Assembly: GCA_041854705.1 (NCBI GenBank)
Contig: JBHACV010000037.1
Location: forward strand, 16,749-80,748
From: Corynebacterium sp.
GTDB taxonomy: Bacteria; Actinomycetota; Actinomycetes; Mycobacteriales; Mycobacteriaceae
Length of the DNA: 64,000 nucleotides
Direction: 5' to 3'
The stretch's first letter is position 1, and every line of letters starts with the position of its first letter. The translations under genes were made by a program, and so were the position numbers. Below are positions 19,366 through 29,774 of this stretch, piece by piece. The notes below the pieces were generated by a model. The model saw only the letters and a program-made list of their open reading frames with translations. It was not told where the DNA came from and ran no database searches.

Positions 19366-20721
19366 ATGACAGATCATTTCAATGGGCTGCCAGCACATGT
19401 GTGGCCGCGTACCGCTCGGCGGGAGGCTGATGGGTCGATTTCCATTGGTGGGGTGTATTTGGCGGATATTGCTGCCGAGTTTGGTACACCGGTGTTTGTG
19501 GTTGATGAAGCGGATTTTCGTTCGCGGTGTCAGGATATGGCTGCAGCCTTTGGAGGGCCAGAGCATGTGCACTACGCGGCAAAGTCTTTTTTAACCTCCC
19601 GGATTGCTCGGTGGGTAGATGAGGAAGGTCTTGCACTTGATGTCGCTTCGCATGGAGAGCTATTAGTGGCATTACATGCGGGTTTCCCTGCTAATCGGAT
19701 GGCAGTACATGGCAATAATAAAAGTCAGGCTTTTTTGACTGATTGCGTTAAAAATGAAGTGTGTCATGTGATCGTTGATTCTCATCAAGAAATTGAGAAA
19801 CTCAATGAGGAAGCCGCTCGGTTGGGCAAGGTTCAGGACGTGTTGGTGCGGGTCAAGCCTGGTATTGACGCCCATACTCACGAGTTCATTGCCACCGCCC
19901 ATGAAGATCAAAAATTTGGTTTCTCACTTGCCTCTGGTTCAGCTTTCCGTGCGGCCCAACGGGCAGTGGAATTAGAGAATTTACGTTTGGTTGGTTTGCA
20001 TTGCCACGTTGGTTCTCAGGTGTTCGATGCCGAAGGCTTCTCGCTTGCTGCCGAGCGGGTGATGAAGCTGTATCGCAAAGTCATTGAGGAATGCGAGGTT
20101 GGGCCGGAATTTCACGTGCTTGACCTTGGTGGCGGTTATGGTATTGCTTATACTGCTTCAGAGCGGGCATTAGATGTTCAGGCTGTTGCCGAAGACCTGC
20201 TCAGTAGGGTCAATAAATATGCAGAACGATTGCACTTGACCATGCCGTTTATCATGGTTGAGCCTGGTCGGGCCATTTCGGGACCATCAACAGTGACGAT
20301 GTACACCGTCGGTAGTGTCAAGGATGTCACCATTGATGACAACCCAGCTCGGGACTACACCAGTCGTCGATACTTGAGTGTTGACGGCGGTATGAGCGAT
20401 AATATTCGTCCGGCACTGTATGAATCGGTTTACGATGTACGAAAGGTCGATGGTTTTGCTAGGGGAGAGGAAATCCCCACCCGAATCGTGGGTTCACACT
20501 GTGAGGCTGGCGATATTTTAATCGAACACCGCTTTTTACCCGACGATATCAAAACTGGTGATCTAGTCGCCTTGGCTGCCACTGGGGCGTATTGCTACTC
20601 CATGTCGAGTCGTTACAACATGCTCATGCGACCAGCCATTGTCAGTGTCAAAGATGGTACTGCCTCATTGATGGTTCGTCGGGAAACTATCCAAGATTTC
20701 CTCGACCTTGAGGTGGACTGA
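19366..20721 (+). CDS. lysA: Diaminopimelate decarboxylase
   Basis: YAAKSF PLP-Lys, HCHVGSQ, LDLGGG, EPGR, HCEAGD; follows argS as in corynebacteria. Confidence 0.96.
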   Translation: MTDHFNGLPAHVWPRTARREADGSISIGGVYLADIAAEFGTPVFVVDEADFRSRCQDMAAAFGGPEHVHYAAKSFLTSRIARWVDEEGLALDVASHGELLVALHAGFPANRMAVHGNNKSQAFLTDCVKNEVCHVIVDSHQEIEKLNEEAARLGKVQDVLVRVKPGIDAHTHEFIATAHEDQKFGFSLASGSAFRAAQRAVELENLRLVGLHCHVGSQVFDAEGFSLAAERVMKLYRKVIEECEVGPEFHVLDLGGGYGIAYTASERALDVQAVAEDLLSRVNKYAERLHLTMPFIMVEPGRAISGPSTVTMYTVGSVKDVTIDDNPARDYTSRRYLSVDGGMSDNIRPALYESVYDVRKVDGFARGEEIPTRIVGSHCEAGDILIEHRFLPDDIKTGDLVALAATGAYCYSMSSRYNMLMRPAIVSVKDGTASLMVRRETIQDFLDLEVD

Positions 20722-20771
20722 CCAACACCGCGATTAGCGGAAGTGGATTGAGTTAAGGAGAACACTGGTAA

Positions 20772-22124
20772 ATGCAGGTCCCAGATTCTGAAGATTTCAA
20801 CTACGCCGATTACGACCTGAAAGAATTGGTGAATCTTGCTGGGCAGATTTCCTATGGGCAGTTCCAAATCCACTTCCACGAAGAAGTACTGCGGAGAATC
20901 TACCTCGAACAACCTGATAATGAGGAGTTAATCAATGCATTCAAACTGCAGCTGGTTGATTCCTTGACCATGAGCGGCCAACTTCACCGCATCCCACCAT
21001 TATTCACCGAAATTGAAGCTTTTGTTGAGTCGCAGTTACAGGAAGATTTGGCCCCAGAGTTTTTGCATAGTTTCGGTTGGCAATTCCGCAATTACCTAGA
21101 TGCATTACGCGACGATCCACAGGTCAGTGCCGCTGAGCTGTATTCTGCTTTGGATCGCATGCATGCGTTTTATGTGCTCAATAACGATCAGATGAAAAGC
21201 TACTATCTGCGGGCATATTACATTCACAAAGATCTAGGAGATGAAAGCCAAGCCGCAGAATTTCGGGAACTCTGGCTCAACGCCCCACATTCAGAGTTTT
21301 CCGACTGCGCAGGTTGTGACCCCACCCATGTGGTGTGGATGCATACCCGGATCGGGGATTGGGAGCAGGCCGTCAAAATCGGTGAGCAAGCACTAGCCAA
21401 TGAGGAAGTTGATTGTGGCGCCCAACCAGAAAATCTTGAGTTGGCACTGCTAGAAGCATGGCTACGCACCGGTGATTTCGAAGCAGCTGCTGAGGGGAAT
21501 GGTAGTGCTTTTCTGCGCAATTGCGAAGATGTCATGTACTTAGAGCACTTCGCACCACATTTTCGCTACTTTGCTTTAATTGGGCCGGGGCAACCAAAGA
21601 AACTTCAGGTTGGGCTGGAACTATTCACTGCCTTTGCCCACAACTATGACAAAGCAGAATCCCCCAAAGCTCTTATGCAACTTTGTTCAGCCTCCGCTTT
21701 GCTGCTATCTACAGCGGCAGCGACCTTAGGCGCCAAAGCTCCCAAGCAACTCCCAGTGACCCTGCCGGGAGAAAACTTGCCCTGGGTGTCCGCACCGACG
21801 CTGCACAACCCGACCCTTGCCGAAGCACAACAATGGTGCGCAGGGATTGCAATGGACCTTGCGGCCCAGTTCGACCATCGGCCTGGCATTAAACGCAGTC
21901 ATTTCGTCGCCGAGATCGACCGAGAACTGAACAAGACCCAGCCATTATCAAATATTCCTAAAGCTGGGCTATGGGACATGCTTTACGACGAGATCCAGCG
22001 AGAGATCTTGCGTAATGGCAGCCCGAAGCGCCTGCTTATCCGATTGTTTTTCCGATCACTACCAGTGGCAATCGTCGATTTATTCCGGTACCGAACCCCA
22101 AAGTCCCCCACAGCACGGTCCTAA
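20772..22124 (+). CDS. Hypothetical helical-repeat (TPR-like) protein with SDCAGCDP motif
   Basis: 450-aa ORF with AAGGAG RBS, fills the lysA-hom gap; no enzyme motif recognised. Confidence 0.75.
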   Translation: MQVPDSEDFNYADYDLKELVNLAGQISYGQFQIHFHEEVLRRIYLEQPDNEELINAFKLQLVDSLTMSGQLHRIPPLFTEIEAFVESQLQEDLAPEFLHSFGWQFRNYLDALRDDPQVSAAELYSALDRMHAFYVLNNDQMKSYYLRAYYIHKDLGDESQAAEFRELWLNAPHSEFSDCAGCDPTHVVWMHTRIGDWEQAVKIGEQALANEEVDCGAQPENLELALLEAWLRTGDFEAAAEGNGSAFLRNCEDVMYLEHFAPHFRYFALIGPGQPKKLQVGLELFTAFAHNYDKAESPKALMQLCSASALLLSTAAATLGAKAPKQLPVTLPGENLPWVSAPTLHNPTLAEAQQWCAGIAMDLAAQFDHRPGIKRSHFVAEIDRELNKTQPLSNIPKAGLWDMLYDEIQREILRNGSPKRLLIRLFFRSLPVAIVDLFRYRTPKSPTARS

Positions 22125-22207
22125 CTGCGCCCAGCAAGGTGACCTTTGCAGGTGAGGGACTGTACGATGCAATAGTCAGCAGTTTAAAACCAAAAGGAGC
22201 ATACTTC

Positions 22208-23557
22208 ATGTCGAATGAGCATCAACAGACAAGTAACTTTAATCCTGGGAAGGGCGAAGGTTCTGAAGTAGGCGTTGCCATTCTCGGGTACGGCACGGTC
22301 GGTTCCCAGGTTCTTCGCCTGATGCAGGTCAATGCCGACGAATTTGCGCACCGCTCCGGGGGACCATTGAAGGTACGGGGAGTAGCAGTCTCTAATAAGG
22401 AAAAACACCGCGGTACCCTCGCTGATGAACAAAACCTACTTACCGACGACGCTCGCAGCCTCATCGAACGCGATGATGTTGACCTAGTTGTCGAAGTCAT
22501 CGGTGGCATCGATTATCCACGGGAATTGGTACTCAATGCCCTACGCGCTGGCAAGTCAGTGATTACTGCAAACAAAGCGCTGGTGGCCGCGCATTCCGCG
22601 GAACTAGCAGAGGCAGCCGACGCCGCCAAGGTTGACCTGTACTTCGAGGCCGCAGTAGCAGCTGCTATTCCAGTGGTTGGGCCATTACGCCGCTCCTTGG
22701 CTGGCGACCGAGTGCTCTCGGTGGCTGGCATTGTCAATGGCACCACCAACTTCATCCTAGATGCCATGGACTCCACCGGCGCATCCTATGATGACATGCT
22801 CGCCGAAGCCACTGCGCTCGGCTACGCCGAAGCCGACCCAACCGCCGACGTTGAAGGTTATGATGCTGCCTCCAAGGCCGCCATCCTAGCTTCCTTAGCA
22901 TTCCACACTCGAGTGACCGCTGACGACGTATACTGCGAGGGAATTTCTAAAATCACTGCTGCTGATATTCAAGCAGCGAAATCTGCAGGTTACACCATTA
23001 AACTGCTGGCAATCTGTGAACGCCTTATTGATGCTGACGGCAAGGAATTCATTTCCGCCCGAGTCCATCCCACCCTCGTACCTCGCAGTCACCCACTGGC
23101 AAGTGTGACCAAGAGCTTCAATGCTATTTTTGTTGAAGCCGAAGCTGCTGGGCGACTCATGTTCTATGGCAATGGTGCTGGTGGTAACCCCACCGCCTCT
23201 GCAGTATTAGGCGATATCGTCGGTGCCGCCCGCAACAAGGTTTTTGGTGGGCGGGCTCCCGGCGAATCCACCTACGCCAACCTGCCATTAGCTGACTTTG
23301 GACAAGTACCAACCCGCTACCACATCGACATGAGCGTAGAAGATCGAGTGGGCGTACTAGCTGAATTAACACAACTTTTCGCCCAAAACGGAATCAGCCT
23401 GCGCACTGTGCGCCAAGAAGACCAAGGAGAAACCGCCCGACTATTAGTAGTCACCCACACCGCCAAGGAAGCCGACCTCTCGGCTACCGTCGCAGACCTC
23501 AAAAATTTGAGTGCGGTGCGTGCTGTTAACTCCGTAATCCGGTTGGCAGGAGAATAA
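22208..23557 (+). CDS. hom: Homoserine dehydrogenase
   Basis: GYGTVG, ANKAL, NGTTNFIL, EADPTADVEGYDAASK, C-terminal ACT domain; AAAGGAG RBS before ATG 22208. Confidence 0.96.
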   Translation: MSNEHQQTSNFNPGKGEGSEVGVAILGYGTVGSQVLRLMQVNADEFAHRSGGPLKVRGVAVSNKEKHRGTLADEQNLLTDDARSLIERDDVDLVVEVIGGIDYPRELVLNALRAGKSVITANKALVAAHSAELAEAADAAKVDLYFEAAVAAAIPVVGPLRRSLAGDRVLSVAGIVNGTTNFILDAMDSTGASYDDMLAEATALGYAEADPTADVEGYDAASKAAILASLAFHTRVTADDVYCEGISKITAADIQAAKSAGYTIKLLAICERLIDADGKEFISARVHPTLVPRSHPLASVTKSFNAIFVEAEAAGRLMFYGNGAGGNPTASAVLGDIVGAARNKVFGGRAPGESTYANLPLADFGQVPTRYHIDMSVEDRVGVLAELTQLFAQNGISLRTVRQEDQGETARLLVVTHTAKEADLSATVADLKNLSAVRAVNSVIRLAGE

Positions 23558-23560
23558 CCA

Positions 23561-24487
23561 ATGCCAATTGAACTTCCAGTAGGGAAAAAAGTCACTGTCA
23601 CAGTTCCAGGTTCTTCCGCCAATTTAGGCCCTGGCTTCGATACCTTAGGACTGGCCGTTTCCCTCTATGACACCGTTGAAGTGGAGGTTATACCAGCTGG
23701 GTTGCAGGTTGAGGTTTTCGGCGAAGGCCAAGGGGAATTACCACTTGACGGTTCCCATTTAGTGGTCAAAGCGATTCGCTCAGGCCTCAAGGCCTGCGAT
23801 GCCACCGCGCCGGGTTTAAAGGTGGTGTGTAATAACACCATTCCACAGTCTCGGGGGCTAGGGTCTTCAGCAGCGGCGGCTGTGGCTGGGGTGGCAGCTG
23901 CCAATGGCTTGTGTGGTTTAGCATTATCAGACGAGCAAGTAGTGCAATTGTCCTCGGCGTTCGAAGGTCACCCTGATAATGCCTCTGCATCTGTATTGGG
24001 TAATGCCGTGGTGTCGTGGACCGAGATCCCTGTTGATGGCCGCACCGAGCCACAATACAAGGCCGTGAGCCTACCAGTGGATTCTCGGATTTTAGCTACT
24101 GCGCTGGTACCAGATTTTCACGCATCTACCGATGCAGTCCGTCGAGTGCTTCCCAGTGATGTGACTCACCTTGATGCGCGGTTTAATGTTTCCCGAGTCG
24201 CTGTGATGACTGTAGCCTTGCAGTCCCACCCAGAATTGCTATGGGAAGGCACGCGGGACCGACTTCACCAACCCTATCGAGCAGATGTGCTTCCAGTGAC
24301 TGCGGAATGGGTCAATCGGCTGCGCAACCGTGGCTATGCTGCTTATCTTTCTGGTGCTGGGCCAACCTGCATGGTGTTGTCAACCGAGCCGATTGAGGAA
24401 AAGATCCTAGACGATGCCCGTGCTGCTGGTCTGAAAGTACTTAATCTTGATGTTGCAGGTCCGGTGACTGTCACCATCGATGCCTAA
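23561..24487 (+). CDS. thrB: Homoserine kinase
   Basis: [35 protein letters not shown] (GHMP kinase). Confidence 0.96.
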   Translation: MPIELPVGKKVTVTVPGSSANLGPGFDTLGLAVSLYDTVEVEVIPAGLQVEVFGEGQGELPLDGSHLVVKAIRSGLKACDATAPGLKVVCNNTIPQSRGLGSSAAAAVAGVAAANGLCGLALSDEQVVQLSSAFEGHPDNASASVLGNAVVSWTEIPVDGRTEPQYKAVSLPVDSRILATALVPDFHASTDAVRRVLPSDVTHLDARFNVSRVAVMTVALQSHPELLWEGTRDRLHQPYRADVLPVTAEWVNRLRNRGYAAYLSGAGPTCMVLSTEPIEEKILDDARAAGLKVLNLDVAGPVTVTIDA

Positions 24488-24508
24488 TTTTGATCACGGT
24501 GCTTAGAT

Positions 24509-24542
24509 AAAAGCGGCTGATTTTTAAGGATCAGCCGCTTTT
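24509..24542. terminator. Bidirectional terminator between thrB and arnR
   Basis: AAAAGCGGCTGAT-8 nt-ATCAGCCGCTTTT. Confidence 0.85.
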
Positions 24543-24585
24543 ACTAGGATTCAGCATTCCAAGGGAAAGAACGCTTGTGCTCAAC

Positions 24586-25281
24586 TTAAGATGTCTGGTT
24601 AGAGATACTTAGATGACATTCGCCGTCGGCACGCAAAGGATCAAGAACAATCTTCAGTGGTGAGCTGTCTCGCTGATGCTCTAGCATGCCTTGGTGGATT
24701 TCACAGGCGAAGTTGACCAATTGACCAGTCTTGGTAACAAATGGGCAGGTGTGCAGGCACATGTGTACTTCATCATTGGCGCCAGCATTTCTGACAATGA
24801 TGGGATCGAAACCCATTTCCCGAAAATGCTTTGATAAGCTCGCCACAGCCTCGGCGATGGTGTCTGCGCTGAAACCTTCAGCCATCATCCGTTGGCCCCA
24901 ATCTTTCCCAATGCGCTTGGCAATCAGCCGTGATTGAATTGGACTGGCAGTGGCAAGATGCTCAGACATGACACTGATCAAGGTGAGGTATTCATTGGCA
25001 ATCACCCGGTTATCTGGCACCCGCAGTTTATAAATCAACGAGGGGCGCCCGCGGCCCTGCGATGGGGCAGTTGCGCTGATGATAGCGCCACGTTCGACCA
25101 GTTCATCAAGGTGGCCCCGAGCGGTGTTGACATGCATATTCAATGCATGCGCAATATCACCAACCCGAGCTCCATCGGGGAAGTTGTCAAATACATCCAA
25201 CACGGAACGTTGTCGCGGGCTGAGATTTAATGACTCAGGAAAAAGATCTGTTGCTGGGCGCGGTAAGGCCTGATGGGTCAT
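24586..25281 (-). CDS. arnR: ArnR-type HTH transcriptional regulator (Fe-S/NO sensing)
   Basis: HTH MHVNTARGHLDEL, GRGRP wing, C-terminal Cys triad CPF..CEIHQGM..CHL; lies directly after thrB like C. glutamicum arnR. Confidence 0.75.
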   Translation of the reverse strand: MTHQALPRPATDLFPESLNLSPRQRSVLDVFDNFPDGARVGDIAHALNMHVNTARGHLDELVERGAIISATAPSQGRGRPSLIYKLRVPDNRVIANEYLTLISVMSEHLATASPIQSRLIAKRIGKDWGQRMMAEGFSADTIAEAVASLSKHFREMGFDPIIVRNAGANDEVHMCLHTCPFVTKTGQLVNFACEIHQGMLEHQRDSSPLKIVLDPLRADGECHLSISNQTS

Positions 25282-25510
25282 TTGTTGGCGCTCCAGATTA
25301 GAAAGACTAGGACAGCTTTGATTCACACTCATATCAATTTCTTTTTAACCTAAACTCCCTTATTTTCTGAAAAAAATCAAGTGCTAGACTAAAAATTATC
25401 AATACGACCTGTAAATAGGTCAACTCAGGCGGGGAAACCCCACCTATTGTGTACCCCAATACCCAACAGAACAAAAAACCGAATGGTTAAAAACCTATGT
25501 GATTATGCAA

Positions 25511-27229
25511 CTACCGGCTACCTGGACCTGGTAACGAAATGATCTCGAAATCTCCATCAGCTAGGTGTTTACGTAAATCGATTTTATCGAATTTCCCTAC
25601 AGATGTTTTATCGATGGTATCGACAAAAGTCCAGTATTCTGGGAGCATCCACGTTGGGAATTTATCCCGTAATTTGTTCCTTAACCGTTCTGCGGTCTCT
25701 TGGTTACGTGGAATTCCATCAGTAACTACTGTTACCGCGAGCGGACGCTGTCCCCACTTCGCATCGGGATACCCAATCACGGCACATTCAACCACCACCT
25801 TGGCTGCCATGATCTCATTTTCTAAAAGCGTGGAATAAATCCACTCACCCCCAGAACGGATCACATCTCGCGCGCGGTCATGGATAGTCAAAAAACCATC
25901 TGAGGTCACCGAACCCACATCTCCAGTGCGCAGCCAGCCATCGGTGGTAAATTGCGAGGAGCCATCATCAACTGGAGCATCACGAAAAGTACTAGCTGGC
26001 CCCCCAGGACGTTCCGTTTGTGACTGGAAATATGAACCAGTCACCCAATTGCCTCGGACTTGGATTTCCCCCTGATTCCGATCAGTCGTGGGCACCACCT
26101 CACCGTCATTGACCACCCGATACTCCAAACTGGCTGGAAACCGTCCTTGACTGTTTTTATAGGCAGCACGCGCCTCACCAGAGACTCCGATCGGTGGACG
26201 AGCCACCGTGCCAACTGTAGAAGTCTCGGTCATGCCCCAGACCTGAATAACATCCACACCGAAGCGCTTTTCCCATAATTCCATCAGTACTGGTGGTACT
26301 GCCGAACCACCAGAGAAAATCTCCTGCAAGCTCATTCGCTCTGGCGGATTCTTCATGTAATGGACCATTAACTGAATCCATACTGTTGGTACCCCATGAG
26401 CCATCCGAGGGTGACAGGTAGCAATGAGTTCTGCCAAACTTGTTGGGGTGACATCTGCGCCGGGAAATACTAGGGGAGTGCCAGACATAAATGCAGCAAT
26501 CGGCACCCCCCACGACAACACGTGATAAATGGGAACGCAGCACAAAAAGGAATGACCATAGGAAATAGCCAAAGAATCGGTTGTGCGTAAGCTCAAGGAT
26601 TGTAAATAAAGCGAGCGATGTGAATAAGCTACACCTTTCGGGGCGCCAGTTGTGCCCGTCGAATAGCACAATGCCGCAGCTGTTTGCTCTGGCAGACTTG
26701 GCCAATGATAAATGGTTGACCGGCCATCTAATAACGTTTCATAAGAATAAAACGCGATATCATCTGGTAAAAACGCCCCCGCTTCGGCGACTTCCGGTCG
26801 ACCAATAAACACCACTGACCGCACCGAAGAACAGCCAGTAGCAAGGATTTCTCCTAACTTCTTGGCGAATCGCTGATCAGCCACAATCACTGCGATCTCG
26901 GCATGATTAATGATGTGAGCGATTTGGTCATTCATTAGCTGTTTATTCAATGGTGTGAACACTGCCCCCTTGCAAGCAACACTAAACAGCACCTCTAAAT
27001 GTTCTGAGCAGTTGTACATAAAAGATCCCACCCGCTGATCAGCGTCAATGCCCAACTCTTGCTCAAGGGCATGGGCAAAAGCTGATGCCCGCGCAGCAAT
27101 CGAGGCAAAAGTAGTTTCCCGGTAATGAGCAGACTCCTGGGTGATAACTTTGGTGGCGCCAAAAGTCGAGGAACCATGCGCCAAAATCCGCGATAGGTTT
27201 AAGGGCAATTCCTGCATCGTCGAAAGCAT
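25511..27229 (-). CDS. fadD: Long-chain fatty acid-CoA ligase (FadD family)
   Basis: YSTGTTGAPKG AMP-binding motif, WGMTET, GWLRTGD, IRSGGEWI, terminal KTSVGKFDK; start placed at MLSTMQ. Confidence 0.9.
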   Translation of the reverse strand: MLSTMQELPLNLSRILAHGSSTFGATKVITQESAHYRETTFASIAARASAFAHALEQELGIDADQRVGSFMYNCSEHLEVLFSVACKGAVFTPLNKQLMNDQIAHIINHAEIAVIVADQRFAKKLGEILATGCSSVRSVVFIGRPEVAEAGAFLPDDIAFYSYETLLDGRSTIYHWPSLPEQTAAALCYSTGTTGAPKGVAYSHRSLYLQSLSLRTTDSLAISYGHSFLCCVPIYHVLSWGVPIAAFMSGTPLVFPGADVTPTSLAELIATCHPRMAHGVPTVWIQLMVHYMKNPPERMSLQEIFSGGSAVPPVLMELWEKRFGVDVIQVWGMTETSTVGTVARPPIGVSGEARAAYKNSQGRFPASLEYRVVNDGEVVPTTDRNQGEIQVRGNWVTGSYFQSQTERPGGPASTFRDAPVDDGSSQFTTDGWLRTGDVGSVTSDGFLTIHDRARDVIRSGGEWIYSTLLENEIMAAKVVVECAVIGYPDAKWGQRPLAVTVVTDGIPRNQETAERLRNKLRDKFPTWMLPEYWTFVDTIDKTSVGKFDKIDLRKHLADGDFEIISLPGPGSR

Positions 27230-27782
27230 GACACAAACTTTAGCGATAAAAGTCGCAATCGCGCGCAAATATCCGGTTGAAGCGCGGTTTTGCTTATATT
27301 GATCCGTGAAGCTCAAAAATTCCTCAGCTTTTATCCTCCTCACATGTTGCGCTACACTATGGAGGTGGACTTCACGCACACAGCGTGCCATTAGTTTCCT
27401 TCGATCAAAAGCTGCATTGCTGCATCTGTAGCGTCGTCAGTTTGCGAAGCCCTCCTCCACAGTCCAGAATGAAACGTGGTGTGGGAAACCAATACTGTAT
27501 TGGTTGCTTAACAAACACTCAGGAAATGAAGTTCATGGCTTTACATAAAAGCCTTCCGCTTTTAACCAAAGCCACCTTAAGGGCACTACCCACCAATACA
27601 CCTGCAGCCTTGTCAACGTGCTGCAGCATCGCGGGTCAGTCCAACGTGTGCCATTAAAAGGCCACGATATCAAATTGCACATGGGAGCTTTCAGCACTGC
27701 AAACCCCTCGTTAATCCTGCCATCACCGGATGAGCGTGAGGACAAAAACGACAATGCTGTTAAAGCCGATGAAAGGAAATCT

Positions 27783-29768
27783 GTGACCACAACAGATAAC
27801 GGCGCACCACGTAATCTCGCCGCACTCCGTCTGCCTGAGCTTCGCAAGATGGCAGCCGACCTCGGGCTCAGGGGAGTATCCGCCCTGCGTAAGGGAGACC
27901 TGATCGCAGCCATTACCAATGCTTCACAAGGGCAGCCTGCTCCTGCAGCACCCGCGCGCAAGCCTAAAACCGACCAATCGGCTGCCGAAACTCCCGCCGC
28001 CGAGGAACGACCACGGCGACGTCGTGCCACTAAAACCACCACCGCCGCACGGGCAGCTCAAGCAGAAATAGCTCTTGAAACTACCGCTGAGGTAGCAGAA
28101 GAAGAAACTTCTTCGGAAACCACCCGGCCACGCCGACGCCGAGCAGTGCGTACCGAGTCAACGGCAACTTCCGAAACCAAGACCACGCCAGTAGTTACAG
28201 AAGAACCAGAGCAACCGGCTGAGTCCGACGAACAATCCGCTGACAAGAGTGAAACCTCCGAGGGGGAGACCGAGGTTCGCTACGAGTCACGATCTGCAGC
28301 GCGTCGAGCTCGGCGCAATCGGGCACGTAAGGAGTACCAGGAAGTTCGTCGTCGCCGCACCGAAGCCCGCAACGATCCAAACAACATTCCTGCTGACACT
28401 GACCAAACCGGGGGAGAGACCGAACAACCCGAGCGGGATAGCCAAGCTCCAGAAACCACTGATACCACTGAGCGTCAGGATCGCCGAGAGCGTCAAGACC
28501 GTTCCGAGCGTGACGACGATCGCCGCAATCGCCGTGGCCGCCGGAATCGTCGTGGCCGGGACCGCGACAGCGAAAACTACGACGAGAACCGGGAAGAACA
28601 GCTCCAAGACATCGCCGGCATTGTCGATATTGTTGATAACAACGTTGCTTTCGTGCGTACTTCTGGCTACCACGCAGGTCCGGCAGACGTGTATGTCAAT
28701 AGCCAGATGATTCGCCGGTTAGGATTACGTGCTGGCGACGCCATTACCGGCGCAGTTCGTATGAATGACAATTCCGAGCGCCAAGGCCACAACCGCGGCC
28801 GGAACCGCCAGAAGTTCAACCCCTTGGTACGGGTTGACTCCATCAATGGCATGACCGTTGAAGAGGCCCGTGGCCGGGCGGAGTTTTCTAAGCTGACCCC
28901 TTTGTACCCGAATCAGCGGTTGCGCTTGGAAACGGAACAGAAGATTCTGACCACTCGGGTTATTGACCTGATTATGCCCATTGGCAAGGGGCAGCGTGCA
29001 TTGATTGTCTCCCCGCCGAAGGCTGGTAAGACCACTATTCTGCAAAATATTGCCAATGCGATTGCTACCAATAATCCTGAGTGCTATCTCATGGTGGTCT
29101 TGGTAGATGAGCGTCCCGAAGAAGTCACTGACATGCAACGCAGTGTCAAAGGTGAAGTCATCGCCTCCACCTTTGACCGCCCACCATCAGAGCACACCGC
29201 AGTTGCAGAGCTGGCTATTGAGCGAGCAAAGCGGTTAGTCGAACAAGGCCAAGACGTAGTAGTTTTGCTTGACTCCATTACCCGCTTGGGTCGCGCGTAT
29301 AACAATTCCTCCCCAGCCTCGGGCCGGATCCTATCAGGTGGTGTAGACTCCAACGCCTTGTACCCACCAAAGCGCTTCTTAGGCGCGGCGCGCAATATCG
29401 AAAATGGTGGTTCGCTAACCATCATTGCTACCGCCATGGTCGAAACTGGTTCCGCTGGTGACACCGTGATCTTCGAGGAATTCAAGGGTACCGGTAACGC
29501 TGAGCTGAAGCTGGATCGCAAGATCGCTGAGCGTCGAGTATTCCCAGCAGTGGATGTCAATCCCTCTGGTACCCGTAAAGACGAGTTGTTATTGGCGCCA
29601 GAAGAAGCCCGCATTATGCATAAACTGCGTCGAATTCTATCGGCCTTGGATAATCAGCAGGCCATTGATCTGTTGATCCAACAGCTGAAGAAGACCAAGA
29701 ACAACCGTGAATTTCTTGTCCAGATTGCCTCTTCCTCGGTGATGTCTGCCGATAATGAGGAGGACTAA
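27783..29768 (+). CDS. rho: Transcription termination factor Rho with long N-terminal insertion
   Basis: PPKAGKTT, LVDERPEE, GGVDSNALY, FKGTGNAEL; GAAAGGAA RBS before GTG 27783. Confidence 0.96.
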   Translation: MTTTDNGAPRNLAALRLPELRKMAADLGLRGVSALRKGDLIAAITNASQGQPAPAAPARKPKTDQSAAETPAAEERPRRRRATKTTTAARAAQAEIALETTAEVAEEETSSETTRPRRRRAVRTESTATSETKTTPVVTEEPEQPAESDEQSADKSETSEGETEVRYESRSAARRARRNRARKEYQEVRRRRTEARNDPNNIPADTDQTGGETEQPERDSQAPETTDTTERQDRRERQDRSERDDDRRNRRGRRNRRGRDRDSENYDENREEQLQDIAGIVDIVDNNVAFVRTSGYHAGPADVYVNSQMIRRLGLRAGDAITGAVRMNDNSERQGHNRGRNRQKFNPLVRVDSINGMTVEEARGRAEFSKLTPLYPNQRLRLETEQKILTTRVIDLIMPIGKGQRALIVSPPKAGKTTILQNIANAIATNNPECYLMVVLVDERPEEVTDMQRSVKGEVIASTFDRPPSEHTAVAELAIERAKRLVEQGQDVVVLLDSITRLGRAYNNSSPASGRILSGGVDSNALYPPKRFLGAARNIENGGSLTIIATAMVETGSAGDTVIFEEFKGTGNAELKLDRKIAERRVFPAVDVNPSGTRKDELLLAPEEARIMHKLRRILSALDNQQAIDLLIQQLKKTKNNREFLVQIASSSVMSADNEED

Positions 29769-29774
29769 TTAGTA

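Noticed and set aside
27618-27782. N-terminal extension of Rho in the ORF track (716 aa)
   Set aside because: A good RBS precedes GTG 27783; the upstream part is more likely the long rho leader
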